From contig MVRA01000187.1 in NCBI GenBank assembly GCA_002067315.1, forward strand, positions 577 through 64,576: 64,000 bases of DNA. The letters run 5' to 3'. The stretch comes from Methanocella sp. PtaU1.Bin125 (lineage in GTDB: Archaea > Halobacteriota > Methanocellia > Methanocellales > Methanocellaceae). Position 1 is the stretch's first letter. Each line of letters starts with the position of its first letter. The notes below the pieces were generated by a model. It was not told where the DNA came from, did not search any database, and saw nothing but the letters and a program-made list of their open reading frames with translations. This document shows positions 54,702-63,739 of the stretch, in pieces. Both the position numbers and the translations under genes were made by a program.

Positions 54702-55841
54702 TTATCGGTTAATAGCGGCCATGAACTCGCGTTTGATCTGCACGGGCGGCTTCGGGATGTCGGGGACGGCTGCGTTCTGTGCAAGGACGGGGACGTGGAT
54801 GAACCGCGGGCCCCTGCCGTTCGCCTCCAGAGCCTTCAGCAGTTCCTGCGGAGTGGCAGCTACCGACGTGTTCCTGATGCCGTAAGCCCTGGCCAGGAGG
54901 CCGAGGTCCATCTCGGAGGAGTACGTAGGCTGGTTGCCGGTGGACCCGTGGGCGCTGTTGTCGAAGGCCACGATGGTCAGGTTGGGGTTGCGCTCCTGCG
55001 CCGTCATGCCGAGGCTGTTCGGCTCGAATAGCAGGCTGCCGTCGCCGTCGAGGACGACGACTTCCCGGTCCGGCTTTCCATGGGCGAGGCCGATGCCGAT
55101 CGGGGTCGCCAGGCCCCAGCTGCCGAGCATGTAGAAGTTCGTCGGCTGGTCCAGGGCGGCGTAAAGCTCCTTGCTGGGCACGCCGATGTTGGACACGACG
55201 ATCTTGCCGCGCAGGCAGGGCGCGATCCCCTTGATCATGTCGAACCTCGAGGCCGTCGCATCCGGGACGGCGGACCGGCCGTCGATGTCGAAGCGCCGGG
55301 GCGCGGTCTTGACGGCCGGCCGGTATTCCTGCGCGGTCGAGCCTTCCCAGACCTTTGGGGAGAACAGGACGACATAAGGCGTATTTTCCTCGTATGCGGT
55401 GAAGATCGCGCTCCGGACCGCGGGCAGCTCGGACGGCCGTTCGACGACGACGTAGGGGATGCCTGTGTTGTCGAGGACGCCGGGCAGGCTTTTGCCCCAG
55501 TGCACCTGCGCCGGGATGTTTTCCTTGTAGACGCCGCGCCAGCTGGCCAGGATGGGCAGGGGGATCTCGAAGGTCTTATGCAGCGAAGACAACACGTTAA
55601 GCGAGTTGCCGATCCCGGTACTCTGGATGACCATCGCCGGCTTGCGGCCCGCCAGGCAGAGGCCCGCCGCGATGCCGACGCCTCCCTCCTCTCGCATCAG
55701 GCGGATCTCGCGAAAGTTTTGCGATACCAGCGGCAGCAGGTTCTTCATCCGGTCGCACGGCAGCGTCAGCGCCGTGTCGATGCCGGAAGCTTTCATGATG
55801 TCGATGACGCCCTGCTCGACGTTCATTCCCTGTCGCATCAT
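54702..55841 (-). CDS. comDE: Sulfopyruvate decarboxylase, fused alpha/beta subunits (ComDE)
   Basis: ATG at 55841 (MMRQGMNVEQGVIDIMKASGID...). Thiamine-diphosphate enzyme blocks (GSWGLATPIGIGLA, LDGDGSLL). The start overlaps the upstream stop (ATGA). The track's 53-codon N-terminal extension is rejected. Confidence 0.85.
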   Translation of the reverse strand: MMRQGMNVEQGVIDIMKASGIDTALTLPCDRMKNLLPLVSQNFREIRLMREEGGVGIAAGLCLAGRKPAMVIQSTGIGNSLNVLSSLHKTFEIPLPILASWRGVYKENIPAQVHWGKSLPGVLDNTGIPYVVVERPSELPAVRSAIFTAYEENTPYVVLFSPKVWEGSTAQEYRPAVKTAPRRFDIDGRSAVPDATASRFDMIKGIAPCLRGKIVVSNIGVPSKELYAALDQPTNFYMLGSWGLATPIGIGLAHGKPDREVVVLDGDGSLLFEPNSLGMTAQERNPNLTIVAFDNSAHGSTGNQPTYSSEMDLGLLARAYGIRNTSVAATPQELLKALEANGRGPRFIHVPVLAQNAAVPDIPKPPVQIKREFMAAINR

Positions 55842-57154
55842 AGTAACACTTCCATAATTTGCTCTACGGGCGCGTCCGGCCCCGGGACTTCCTGTGCCGG
55901 CTCGATCCGGTAGACCGGCATCTCTTTCTCCAGCCGCTCCTGTCCTCCGCCAGTGATGTTCAGCAGCACGCGGCGGCCCTCCAGTATGCCGCGCTCGCAA
56001 GCCTGCAGCAGCGCGGCCACGGCCACGGCCGCGGGCGGGAGGATGTCGATGCCCTCGCGCTCCTCGAAGAGCCGCTTCGCCCGCTCGGCCTCGGCCCTCG
56101 TCACGCCGTAGACGATGCCGCCCGTATCTTTCAGCGCGTCGTACACGCCGCCGCGGATGCTATAGGGCGGGCTGCGGTTCGACAGGACGTCGCTGTACAT
56201 TTCGGCGATCGCCCTCTTTGCGTCGGGCATGTCCATGTCGGGCCGGATGTCACGGCGGCCGGCCTCCCAGGCGTGCAGCATGGGCACAAACGGCCGGTTT
56301 TGCGCGAGGTGCAGCCGCGGCAGCCCCGCGCCGAAGCGGCCGTCGTCCCGGAGGCGCAGGGCGGCTTCCCACGCGGCGATGCCCCCGGTGCCGCTGCCGA
56401 TGGCCTGGAAGTAGTCGTCCGGCATCGCTTTCATGGCCACGGCCGCGTCCAGCATCACGGTGCCCATGCCATCCCGCCGCGCCACGTTCTTCGCCCCGCC
56501 TTCCGGCATGATTCCCGGCAGCGCGGCGATACGGTCTGCGAGAGCGATGGCGTCGCTGTAATCCGCGTCCCGGACGGCGATGAGCCGGACTGACGGGCCG
56601 GGCTCCCGCCCGGGAATCCAGAGCCGCTCGACGTTCCGCTCCGGCACCACGACGATCAGCGGGAAGCCGGTAACGGTCGAAAGATACGCGAACGCCCGCC
56701 CCGTGTTGCCGGCCGATGCCAGTACCATCGCCTTTCCCCCGTGCTCCCGCGCGCGGACGATGGTGGGCGGAGCCTCCAGCTCCTTGAAGCTGCAGGTCAG
56801 CATCTCTGCGCCCCTCTCCGGCCAGTAGCCGTTGAACGCGACGTAGAGGTCGATATCCAGCTCACGGGACAGGCTGTCGCTCCGGTAAGTGACCGTCGCG
56901 CCGCGCGATTCCGTGTGGCTCCGGGCCGGCAGCCAGTCGTAAAACTTCCACATGCCCGGCAACTCGCGTATCGTTAACCGCTTTGTATAATATTTTGTCC
57001 TGATAAGCGAACCACACGGACAACTAAGGGTATAATGGTCGGCCATCGTGCGGTTGCACCATGGGCAGATTAGCTCGTAGGCTCCCACCTGTCTCTCTCC
57101 TGTCTCGTACAGATTAAAATTCGACCTGTCTGCTATTATATGTTTTGCCGGCAT
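55838..57154 (-). CDS. Cysteate synthase (threonine-synthase-like PLP enzyme, coenzyme M pathway)
   Basis: N-terminal Cys ribbon (CPWCNRT...CPCG). Blocks FNGYWPERGAEMLTCSFKELEA, LASAGNTGRAFA, PEGGAKNVARRDGMGTVMLDAA and GSGTGGIAAWEA match what I recall of Methanosarcina cysteate synthase. Translationally coupled to comDE. Confidence 0.75.
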   Translation of the reverse strand: MPAKHIIADRSNFNLYETGERQVGAYELICPWCNRTMADHYTLSCPCGSLIRTKYYTKRLTIRELPGMWKFYDWLPARSHTESRGATVTYRSDSLSRELDIDLYVAFNGYWPERGAEMLTCSFKELEAPPTIVRAREHGGKAMVLASAGNTGRAFAYLSTVTGFPLIVVVPERNVERLWIPGREPGPSVRLIAVRDADYSDAIALADRIAALPGIMPEGGAKNVARRDGMGTVMLDAAVAMKAMPDDYFQAIGSGTGGIAAWEAALRLRDDGRFGAGLPRLHLAQNRPFVPMLHAWEAGRRDIRPDMDMPDAKRAIAEMYSDVLSNRSPPYSIRGGVYDALKDTGGIVYGVTRAEAERAKRLFEEREGIDILPPAAVAVAALLQACERGILEGRRVLLNITGGGQERLEKEMPVYRIEPAQEVPGPDAPVEQIMEVLL

Positions 57155-57448
57155 CGTCGGCCGATGGCATTTCCGGGGTAACGCAGGTATTCATTATCCT
57201 TGTTGTGATAAATTATTGCCTTTAGTGATTACCGGCGAAGACTATAGTGTGAGTGTTTGTGATGACTCTACACCTGCCAGGCTCACATACCGGCCTCATT
57301 ACGGGCATTACCCCTGCCTGCGCAGAAAAAATGGGCGGAGGCAGGGCCTTTTTACGGGTAGAAGAAAATTTTTATGGTTATAGGATTTATAGCATAACAC
57401 ATCCTGCTGATCATTTCTATAATGTTCACCAAGGTCTGGAGATAACAC

Positions 57449-57895
57449 ATGACCGATCCCAACGTCACGATCACTCTCATCGGCAGCAGGCTCGCTTCCG
57501 TGGGCAACGAGTTCATCTACCGCGGGCTGGCAGGCGAGTGCGAAAAGTGCAAGCTAAAAAACACCTGCCTGAACCTGGACAAGAACAAGAAATATCGTAT
57601 CGTAGGTCTGCGTAACGGCATGGATCACGACTGCCTGCTCCACGACGTCAGCGTCCGCGCCGTCGAGGTGGTCGCCTGCCCGATCATCGTGGCCATCGAG
57701 TCCCGCAAAGCCTTCAACGGCTCGAAGCTGCTCTACGAGGCGCCCGAGTGTGACAGGGAGTGCGAACATTACGAAGTCTGCCACCCGCAGGGCATCGCCA
57801 CCGGCGAAAAGTACACCATCGCGGCCGTGATGGGCGACGGGCCCGCGCCGTGCCCGAAGGGGCTGACGCTCAAGATCGTCGAGCTCCGGCCCTAG
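57449..57895 (+). CDS. UPF0179-family protein
   Basis: 148 aa. The pattern TL.G...A..G.EF.Y.G....C..C.LK..C.NL...K.Y.IV..R...H.C..H is characteristic of archaeal UPF0179. Confidence 0.75.
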   Translation: MTDPNVTITLIGSRLASVGNEFIYRGLAGECEKCKLKNTCLNLDKNKKYRIVGLRNGMDHDCLLHDVSVRAVEVVACPIIVAIESRKAFNGSKLLYEAPECDRECEHYEVCHPQGIATGEKYTIAAVMGDGPAPCPKGLTLKIVELRP

Positions 57896-58071
57896 CCCTT
57901 TTCTCATGGAAAAACCGGCAACCGCCAGCAATGAGGGCAGTCACGCGTGCGCGCGGGCGGCCCCGGTCTGCGACGATTGACCCGATCTGTTTTATTATCT
58001 TTTATCCCGGCCCGGGCCGGGCACGGCTAAAGTTTAAAATGATACGCACCGTTACGGTGCGTGTAAAACAG

Positions 58072-58758
58072 TTATTTCTCTTCTTCCTCTTCCCTGAAGT
58101 CCTCGGCTTTGAAGGTCTCCTTAAAGACGATCTTCTTCATGCCGGCCGAGTTCACCAGGAACCGGGCGATGAGCAGCTTGCCCACTGCCCACGACTCGTC
58201 GATGGCCAGCTCCTTCGGCACGTCGATCTTGATGGTGTCGTCCTTCAGCTCGAACTCCGCGTCCTCGCTTACGTAGCCGTGCAGCAACGCTTCTATCTTT
58301 TCCTTGCGGTCCCGGATGACGCTCTCGATCTTGTACTCGTAGACTAACGTCTTTCCGGCGAGTGGCTCGTTGTAGTCCACCTTGACCCGTCCGCCGGAGA
58401 CGCTCTCGATCACGCCGATCCGGCCGTTGTACTCGACCATCTCGCCGGGCTCGGCTTTGCCTTCAAACTTCTTGACCGGCACGATCTCGATGGCGTCGAG
58501 GCTGCGTTCGCCGAAGCCCTTCGCCGGCTCGACCTTCACCTTGCCGCCGTAGCCTTCGCTTTTGCCGATCAGGTCCTCCTCCAACCCCTCCACGAGGAAC
58601 CCGGAGCCCACGATAACCACCATGGGCTTATACTTCTTTTCCTCGTCGTAGATGCCGCTCTCTTTCGCGATCTTCTCATCGGTCGTGTCGAACACGGTGC
58701 CGTCGGCCAGCCTGCCGGTGAACGACAGCCTGATAAAATCCCCTTTCTTTATGGGCAT
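58072..58758 (-). CDS. FKBP-type peptidyl-prolyl cis-trans isomerase (long archaeal type with IF/chaperone insert)
   Basis: N-terminus MPIKKGDFIRLSFTGRLADGTVFDTT. Paralog of 59163..59894. Confidence 0.85.
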   Translation of the reverse strand: MPIKKGDFIRLSFTGRLADGTVFDTTDEKIAKESGIYDEEKKYKPMVVIVGSGFLVEGLEEDLIGKSEGYGGKVKVEPAKGFGERSLDAIEIVPVKKFEGKAEPGEMVEYNGRIGVIESVSGGRVKVDYNEPLAGKTLVYEYKIESVIRDRKEKIEALLHGYVSEDAEFELKDDTIKIDVPKELAIDESWAVGKLLIARFLVNSAGMKKIVFKETFKAEDFREEEEEK

Positions 58759-59162
58759 AGCGATTCCTGCTGTTGCCTAATTTCTTGCTGGTGCTATAAT
58801 AAGTCTTCTACCGCGTCCGTTAAAATAACGTGAAGATCGGCAATAAAAACAACATATCTTCAAACAATTGAAATCGGTAATTTTTTTGCCATCGATAATC
58901 GAAAGGTTTATTGCTTAAAATGTAATTACATTTTCATAACAAGGCGTTGCTACCTGACCGTGTGGAAGAGCCGTGTCATGCCTTGTATGGGGGTATCATG
59001 TTATCGGGGTTTGCCATGCTGGGCGCCATCGCGCTGGGCGCCATCTTCTGCTCGCTCCAGGGTAAGGTATAACAGGCCATTATGCCCTGACAGGCATCTT
59101 TTTATTGGCCTGGCGATAGAAACTACAGGATACTGTCAAAAAATGTAAAAGAAGAAAGGAGC

Positions 59163-59894
59163 TTACTCCTTCTTCTCTTCGCCCTTTTCTTCGCCCGCGG
59201 CCGGGGCTTCAACCGGCTCGAAGGCTTCCTTCTTCTCTTCCTTCTCGTAGGTCTCCTGGAAGACGACCTTTTCGATGCCCTCGAGTTCCATCAGCTCGGA
59301 CGCGATGGCGCCCTTGGCCAGCAGCCAGCGCTGGTTGAACGCGAAGTCCTTGGGGACCTCGACCTTGACCTTGTCTTCCTTGACCTTGTGATCCATGTCC
59401 TTGCCAGAGAACATCCGGAGGATGGCGGCGATCTTCTCGTCGCGTTCCTCGATCTGGGCCTCGATCGTGTACTCGTAGGTCAGCGTCTCGCCAGCGAGCG
59501 GGGAGTTGAAGTTGATCCTCGCGCGGCCTCCCGCGATGTTCTCGACCGTGCCGGTCCGCCCGCCCACGTTGACCCTCATGCCGGGCCGGATGGGCTCCTT
59601 GAACTTCTTGACCGGGATCGTCTCGATCTGGTCGATGCGGCGCAGGCCGAAGCCCTTCTCCGGGGGCACGGTCAGGGTGCCGTGGTACCCGACTTCCTTG
59701 CCGATGAGGTCCTCGTCCAGCCCCGATACGACAAAGCCCTTGCCGACGACGACCGTCTCCGGGCCGTAGCTGGCCTGCTCGTTGTAGACGCCGAATTCCC
59801 TGGCCACGTTAGCGTCTGTGGTGTCAAACACCGTACCGTTCTCGAGCTTCCCGGTGTATGAGAGCTTGATGTAATCTCCTTTCTGGATAACCAT
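59163..59894 (-). CDS. FKBP-type peptidyl-prolyl cis-trans isomerase, paralog with acidic C-terminal tail
   Basis: N-terminus MVIQKGDYIKLSYTGKLENGTVFDTT. Colinear with the neighbouring FKBP gene. Confidence 0.85.
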   Translation of the reverse strand: MVIQKGDYIKLSYTGKLENGTVFDTTDANVAREFGVYNEQASYGPETVVVGKGFVVSGLDEDLIGKEVGYHGTLTVPPEKGFGLRRIDQIETIPVKKFKEPIRPGMRVNVGGRTGTVENIAGGRARINFNSPLAGETLTYEYTIEAQIEERDEKIAAILRMFSGKDMDHKVKEDKVKVEVPKDFAFNQRWLLAKGAIASELMELEGIEKVVFQETYEKEEKKEAFEPVEAPAAGEEKGEEKKE

Positions 59895-60012
59895 AATGAT
59901 ACACCAACTAAAATCTGGTATCCTTAATATCGTTTTGCCTGATAATTGTTACGGTAACGGGAGGCCCCGGAGGTTTCAGGCTGCCCGCGGGATAGCCGAA
60001 ACCCTGGTGGCC

Positions 60013-60630
60013 TCACAGGATGCCGGACTCGACGAGCGCCTTCACGTCGCCCCAGTTCTCGACGATCATGTCCGCGAAGTGGAAGCGTACCGGGGAATAG
60101 CTCGTGGTGATGCCCACGGTGAAGATGCCCGAGAGCCTGGATACCCACAGGCTGCGGGGCGTGTCGTCGATAGCCCAGCGGATATCGTGGGCGTGCCGGA
60201 GGCGGACGATCGCGTCTCGCTTGAAGTCGAAGTCGTGGACGTCCGCAGACGGCTTGAAGATCGCCGCGTCGCCCTCCCGGTACAGGCCGTTCTTTCGCAT
60301 GAACTCGAGCGTGACCCGGCCCTTGTCGACCGGGCTCCGGAACCGGCCGGAGAGGTAAATAATCCTGACGCCTCTGGCGCGTAAAAGGTCCAGCGTCTCG
60401 ATGGCCAGCGGGTAGGGCTGATCGAGGAACATCAGCTTCGTGGACAGAAAATCCCGGAAGTACTGCTCCTGCAGGGGTCCTGACAATAGCCGCGAGCAGT
60501 ACAGGTCGCGCCAGACCTCGTCGGCGGACACCGGCCTCCCCAGGATGTCCGAGCAGAGCGCCGCCCTGCGCTGGTCGCAGGACATGACCGTATTGTCGAT
60601 ATCTACGATGACAGCCTCACGCTCTTGCAT
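60013..60630 (-). CDS. HAD-like hydrolase (205 aa)
   Basis: ATG at 60630 gives MQEREAVIVDIDNTV (DxDxT motif I). Later YLSGR and a C-terminal IDD motif. The upstream 138 codons of the track ORF overlap the CYTH gene antisense and are rejected. Confidence 0.55.
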   Translation of the reverse strand: MQEREAVIVDIDNTVMSCDQRRAALCSDILGRPVSADEVWRDLYCSRLLSGPLQEQYFRDFLSTKLMFLDQPYPLAIETLDLLRARGVRIIYLSGRFRSPVDKGRVTLEFMRKNGLYREGDAAIFKPSADVHDFDFKRDAIVRLRHAHDIRWAIDDTPRSLWVSRLSGIFTVGITTSYSPVRFHFADMIVENWGDVKALVESGIL

Positions 60631-60708
60631 ATACGATAGTACGTCGTCTTTCCTCAAAAACAGTTGCGCATAGCAATTATTATGCCGATCGCCCGCGATG
60701 TGGTAGCG

Positions 60709-61245
60709 ATGATAGAGGTCGAGATTAAGGCGCGGGCATCGACAGACGCGCTGGCGGATGTGTTGAAGCGACGTGGCGCGGAATTCGAGAAGACTGTAGT
60801 GCAGTCCGATACGTACTACAACGCCCCGCACCGGGACTTTGCCGAGACGGATGAGGCGGTTCGCATCCGGGAGCAGGACGGCAGGGCCTACCTGACCTAT
60901 AAGGGGAAAAAGATCGACGCGCAGAGCAAGACCCGGAAAGAGGTCGAGGTCGCCGTTGAGAATAAAGCCCGGATGGAAGACATCCTGCTCTCGCTGGGCT
61001 TCCGCAAGACGCTCGACGTGATCAAGACGCGCAGCATCTATCATTACGGCGGCGTCGAGATCTGCCTCGATCGCATCGAGGGCCTCGGCGAGTTCGTGGA
61101 GCTGGAGTCGATGGCGGAGAACGCCTCTGAGATACCGCAGAAGCGGGACGGGCTCATCGCGCTCATGCGCGAGCTTGGCGTGGAGGGCGGGCAGATCCGG
61201 GAGTCGTACCTCGAGATGCTGATGGCTAAAAAATTTTTTATCTAA
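60709..61245 (+). CDS. CYTH-domain protein (class IV adenylyl cyclase CyaB / triphosphatase-like)
   Basis: ATG at 60709 gives MIEVEIKA (the ExExK signature). Later VRIRE, YLTYKG and LGEFVELE blocks. Confidence 0.8.
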   Translation: MIEVEIKARASTDALADVLKRRGAEFEKTVVQSDTYYNAPHRDFAETDEAVRIREQDGRAYLTYKGKKIDAQSKTRKEVEVAVENKARMEDILLSLGFRKTLDVIKTRSIYHYGGVEICLDRIEGLGEFVELESMAENASEIPQKRDGLIALMRELGVEGGQIRESYLEMLMAKKFFI

Positions 61246-61277
61246 GCGTTTTCATGGTATGCGGGCGCCCGCGCGCG

Positions 61278-61829
61278 TTACCAACGCTCGTGATGCTCGA
61301 TCTGTTTCCCTAACCTGGGCGGTGCCTCCGGCGCCTCGTCCGGCACGCCGAGGGGCATGATCGCCACTGGCCGAACCTCTGCCGGGAGGCCCAGGGCCCG
61401 GGCGACGGCGTTCTCGTCGAACGCCCCGACCCAGCAGGTGCCGAGCCCGAGCGCGAAGGCCTGCAGCATCATGCTCATCACGGACGCCGCCGCGTCCTGG
61501 ACGACATACAGGTCTGCGCGTTTGCCGTATTTCCGCTTCGTCCGCGGCAGGTTGGTACAGGTGACGATACACACGGGGGCTTCCTCGATGAACCGCTGCT
61601 TGAGCGCGGCATCCGAGATCATCCTCTTCGTCTGCGGGTCCCGGACTACGATGAATTCCCGGCCCTGCAGGTTGCCCGCTGAGGGCGCCATCTGGGCAGC
61701 GTACAGTATTTTTGCCAGGGCATCGTCGGGCACTGCGTCGCCCCGGTAGCTGCGAATGGAGCGACGTCCTTCGATCGCTGTCGATACGTCCATTTCGTTC
61801 ACCAATAACCTTATATTCGGCTCAGCCAC
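61278..61829 (-). CDS. Nitroreductase-family (FMN-dependent) protein
   Basis: RRSIRSY motif, APSAGNLQ, and a C-terminal GLGTCWVG block. Confidence 0.85.
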   Translation of the reverse strand: MAEPNIRLLVNEMDVSTAIEGRRSIRSYRGDAVPDDALAKILYAAQMAPSAGNLQGREFIVVRDPQTKRMISDAALKQRFIEEAPVCIVTCTNLPRTKRKYGKRADLYVVQDAAASVMSMMLQAFALGLGTCWVGAFDENAVARALGLPAEVRPVAIMPLGVPDEAPEAPPRLGKQIEHHERW

Positions 61830-61858
61830 TATTATTATATCGTCTTAATGGTGAGCGA

Positions 61859-62365
61859 ATGCGAATTACTATGGATCTCGAGCTGAAGGACATACCGGGG
61901 CAGCTGGTCAACGCGCTGGTCCCGATCTCAGACGCAGGCGGCAACATCGTCAGCGTGGTGCATCACCACGCCAAGCGGACGCCGCGGGGCACTATCCCCA
62001 TCCAGGTTACCTTCGACTTCGAGGGGGACCTGGAAGCGCTTAAGTTCTCCCTCGAGTCCCGGGACATCAAGATCGGGCGGGTGAACGAGGCCAAGCTGCT
62101 GGAACACCGCACGGTCCTCATCGTCGGCCACATCATTCATTCGGATATCCGCGACACTATCGACCAGATCGACCAGACCGGGTACGCCGAGGTCGTCGAC
62201 CTGGCCATGAGCATGCCGGGCATCAACCTGAAGTCGTCCGCCCGGATCGGCATCAGCGCCGAGGGTAAAGAAGAGGCCCGTAAGGCCATGAGCCTGATGC
62301 GGCAGATCGCCCGGAAGAAGGACCTGCTGGTCATCGAGCCGATCAACTCGGAGGACACGCAATGA
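61859..62365 (+). CDS. ACT-domain regulatory protein associated with homoserine dehydrogenase
   Basis: ATG at 61859 (or 61871). LELKDIPGQLVNALVPISDAGGNIVSVVH is ACT-like. The stop overlaps the hom start (ATGA). Confidence 0.65.
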   Translation: MRITMDLELKDIPGQLVNALVPISDAGGNIVSVVHHHAKRTPRGTIPIQVTFDFEGDLEALKFSLESRDIKIGRVNEAKLLEHRTVLIVGHIIHSDIRDTIDQIDQTGYAEVVDLAMSMPGINLKSSARIGISAEGKEEARKAMSLMRQIARKKDLLVIEPINSEDTQ

Positions 62366-63369
62366 AAACGCTGAGCGTCGCCATCATAGGCATGGGCAGC
62401 GTGGGCCAGGGCGTCCTCAAGGTGCTCGCCGGGAGCAAGGGCCAGTACCCGGCGCAAAGGACTGTCATCAAAGTCGTGGCCGTCGCCGACTCGAAGGGTG
62501 TCGCCGTGGACGATAAAGGCCTGGATCCCGGCCGGGTGCTGAAAGAAAAGCTCAACGGCGACCTGAAGCGATCGGGACAGTCCGCCCTCGACTATATCCG
62601 GACCGGCAACTACGACGTGCTGGTGGAAGTCACCCCCACGGACGCGAAGACCGGCGAGCCGGGGCTGTCGTACATTACGGCGGCGTTGAGCCGGGGCAAG
62701 AGCGTGGTCACTTCCAACAAAGGCCCGGTCGCGCTCCAGTATAAGGCGCTCACAGGCATGGCCCGCGAGAAGGGCGTGCACTTCCTCTACGAGGCGACCG
62801 TGGGCGGCGCGATGCCGGTGTTCAACCTGCTGCGGACGCCGCTCGCAGGCAACAAGGTGCTCGGCATCAAGGGCATCTTTAATGGCACCTGCAACTACAT
62901 CCTGACCCGGATGGCCAGCGAGGGCCTGCCCTATGACATGGTGCTCTCCGAGGCGAAGGAGCTCGGGTACGCCGAAGCGGACCCCACCTACGACGTCGAG
63001 GGTATCGACACGGCCCTGAAGGTCGTCATCCTGGCGAACACCGCCTTCGGCATGAACGTCAGCCTCAAGGACGTCAGCGTCGTGGGCATCTCCAGCATCA
63101 CGCCCGACGCCCTCAAGCTCGCGGCGGACGACGGCTACGTGATCAAGCTGATCGGCGAGGTCCGGCCCAACGGCGCCGAGCGGGTATTGAAGGTCAGCCC
63201 GCGGCTGGTGCCGAAGATGCACCCGCTCTCCGTGCAGGGCACGCTCAACGCGGCGCTCATCGAGACCGCGCTGGCCGGGGACATCGCCGTCGTCGGCAAA
63301 GGCGCCGGGTCCGTCGAGACCGCCAGCGCCATCCTGAGCGACCTCCTCTACATCGCGACCACATCGTAA
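62362..63369 (+). CDS. hom: Homoserine dehydrogenase
   Basis: N-terminal Rossmann GMGSVGQG. Catalytic-domain blocks (EATVGGAMPV, GIFNGTCNYIL, EADPTYDVEG.D). Confidence 0.9.
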   Translation: MKTLSVAIIGMGSVGQGVLKVLAGSKGQYPAQRTVIKVVAVADSKGVAVDDKGLDPGRVLKEKLNGDLKRSGQSALDYIRTGNYDVLVEVTPTDAKTGEPGLSYITAALSRGKSVVTSNKGPVALQYKALTGMAREKGVHFLYEATVGGAMPVFNLLRTPLAGNKVLGIKGIFNGTCNYILTRMASEGLPYDMVLSEAKELGYAEADPTYDVEGIDTALKVVILANTAFGMNVSLKDVSVVGISSITPDALKLAADDGYVIKLIGEVRPNGAERVLKVSPRLVPKMHPLSVQGTLNAALIETALAGDIAVVGKGAGSVETASAILSDLLYIATTS

Positions 63370-63371
63370 AA

Positions 63372-63688
63372 GTCGCCAAGCGTCCAAGATGAGCCGCCAA
63401 GACGCCACTGTAGAAAATAAGAGGCGCCAAGGCGCCAAGTCTTTTTTTATGTTTAAGACGCCAAGCGTCCAAGAGGAGGGGCCAAGACGCCACTGTAGGA
63501 AAAAAGAGGCGCCAAGGCGCCAAGTGTTTTTTAGTAAAAAGATACCAGATAGCTAAGTTGCCGTATAAGGGACACATGCGTAGCATCTTGGAGTCTTAGA
63601 TACTTGAACATAAAAATTACACTTGGCGCCTTGGTGTCTCTTATTTTCTATAGTGGCGTCTTGGTACCTCTTCTTGGACGCTTGGCCC
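63372..63688. repeat. GCCAAG-rich repeat cluster: two direct ~70-bp copies plus one inverted copy
   Basis: Copy 1 at 63372-63440 and copy 2 at 63456-63526 (…GCCAAGCGTCCAAGA…GCCAAGACGCCACTGTAG…AGAGGCGCCAAGGCGCCAAGT). Inverted copy at 63620-63688 (CACTTGGCGCCTTGG…CTATAGTGGCGTCTTGG…CTTGGACGCTTGGC). Confidence 0.85.
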
Positions 63689-63739
63689 CTTGCCGCGGTC
63701 GAAAGGTTTTATAGGTCGGGCATGCATGTTATCGCAGCT

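Noticed and set aside
55842-56000. N-terminal 53-codon extension of the ComDE ORF
   Set aside because: The extension overlaps the 3' end of the cysteate synthase gene and is Arg/Gly/Ala-rich. The ATG at 55841 forms an ATGA overlap and gives a typical ComD N-terminus.
57253-57615. 120-aa ORF upstream of and overlapping the UPF0179 gene
   Set aside because: It overlaps the well-supported UPF0179 frame and starts in AT-rich promoter-like DNA. Its composition is not coding-like.
60631-61044. N-terminal 138-codon extension of the HAD-like ORF
   Set aside because: It overlaps the CYTH gene on the opposite strand and lacks motifs. The DxDxT motif follows directly after the ATG at 60630.
62137-63438. 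433-aa ORF antisense to homoserine dehydrogenase and the ACT-domain gene
   Set aside because: It lies opposite two translationally coupled genes with clear motifs. It is a shadow ORF.
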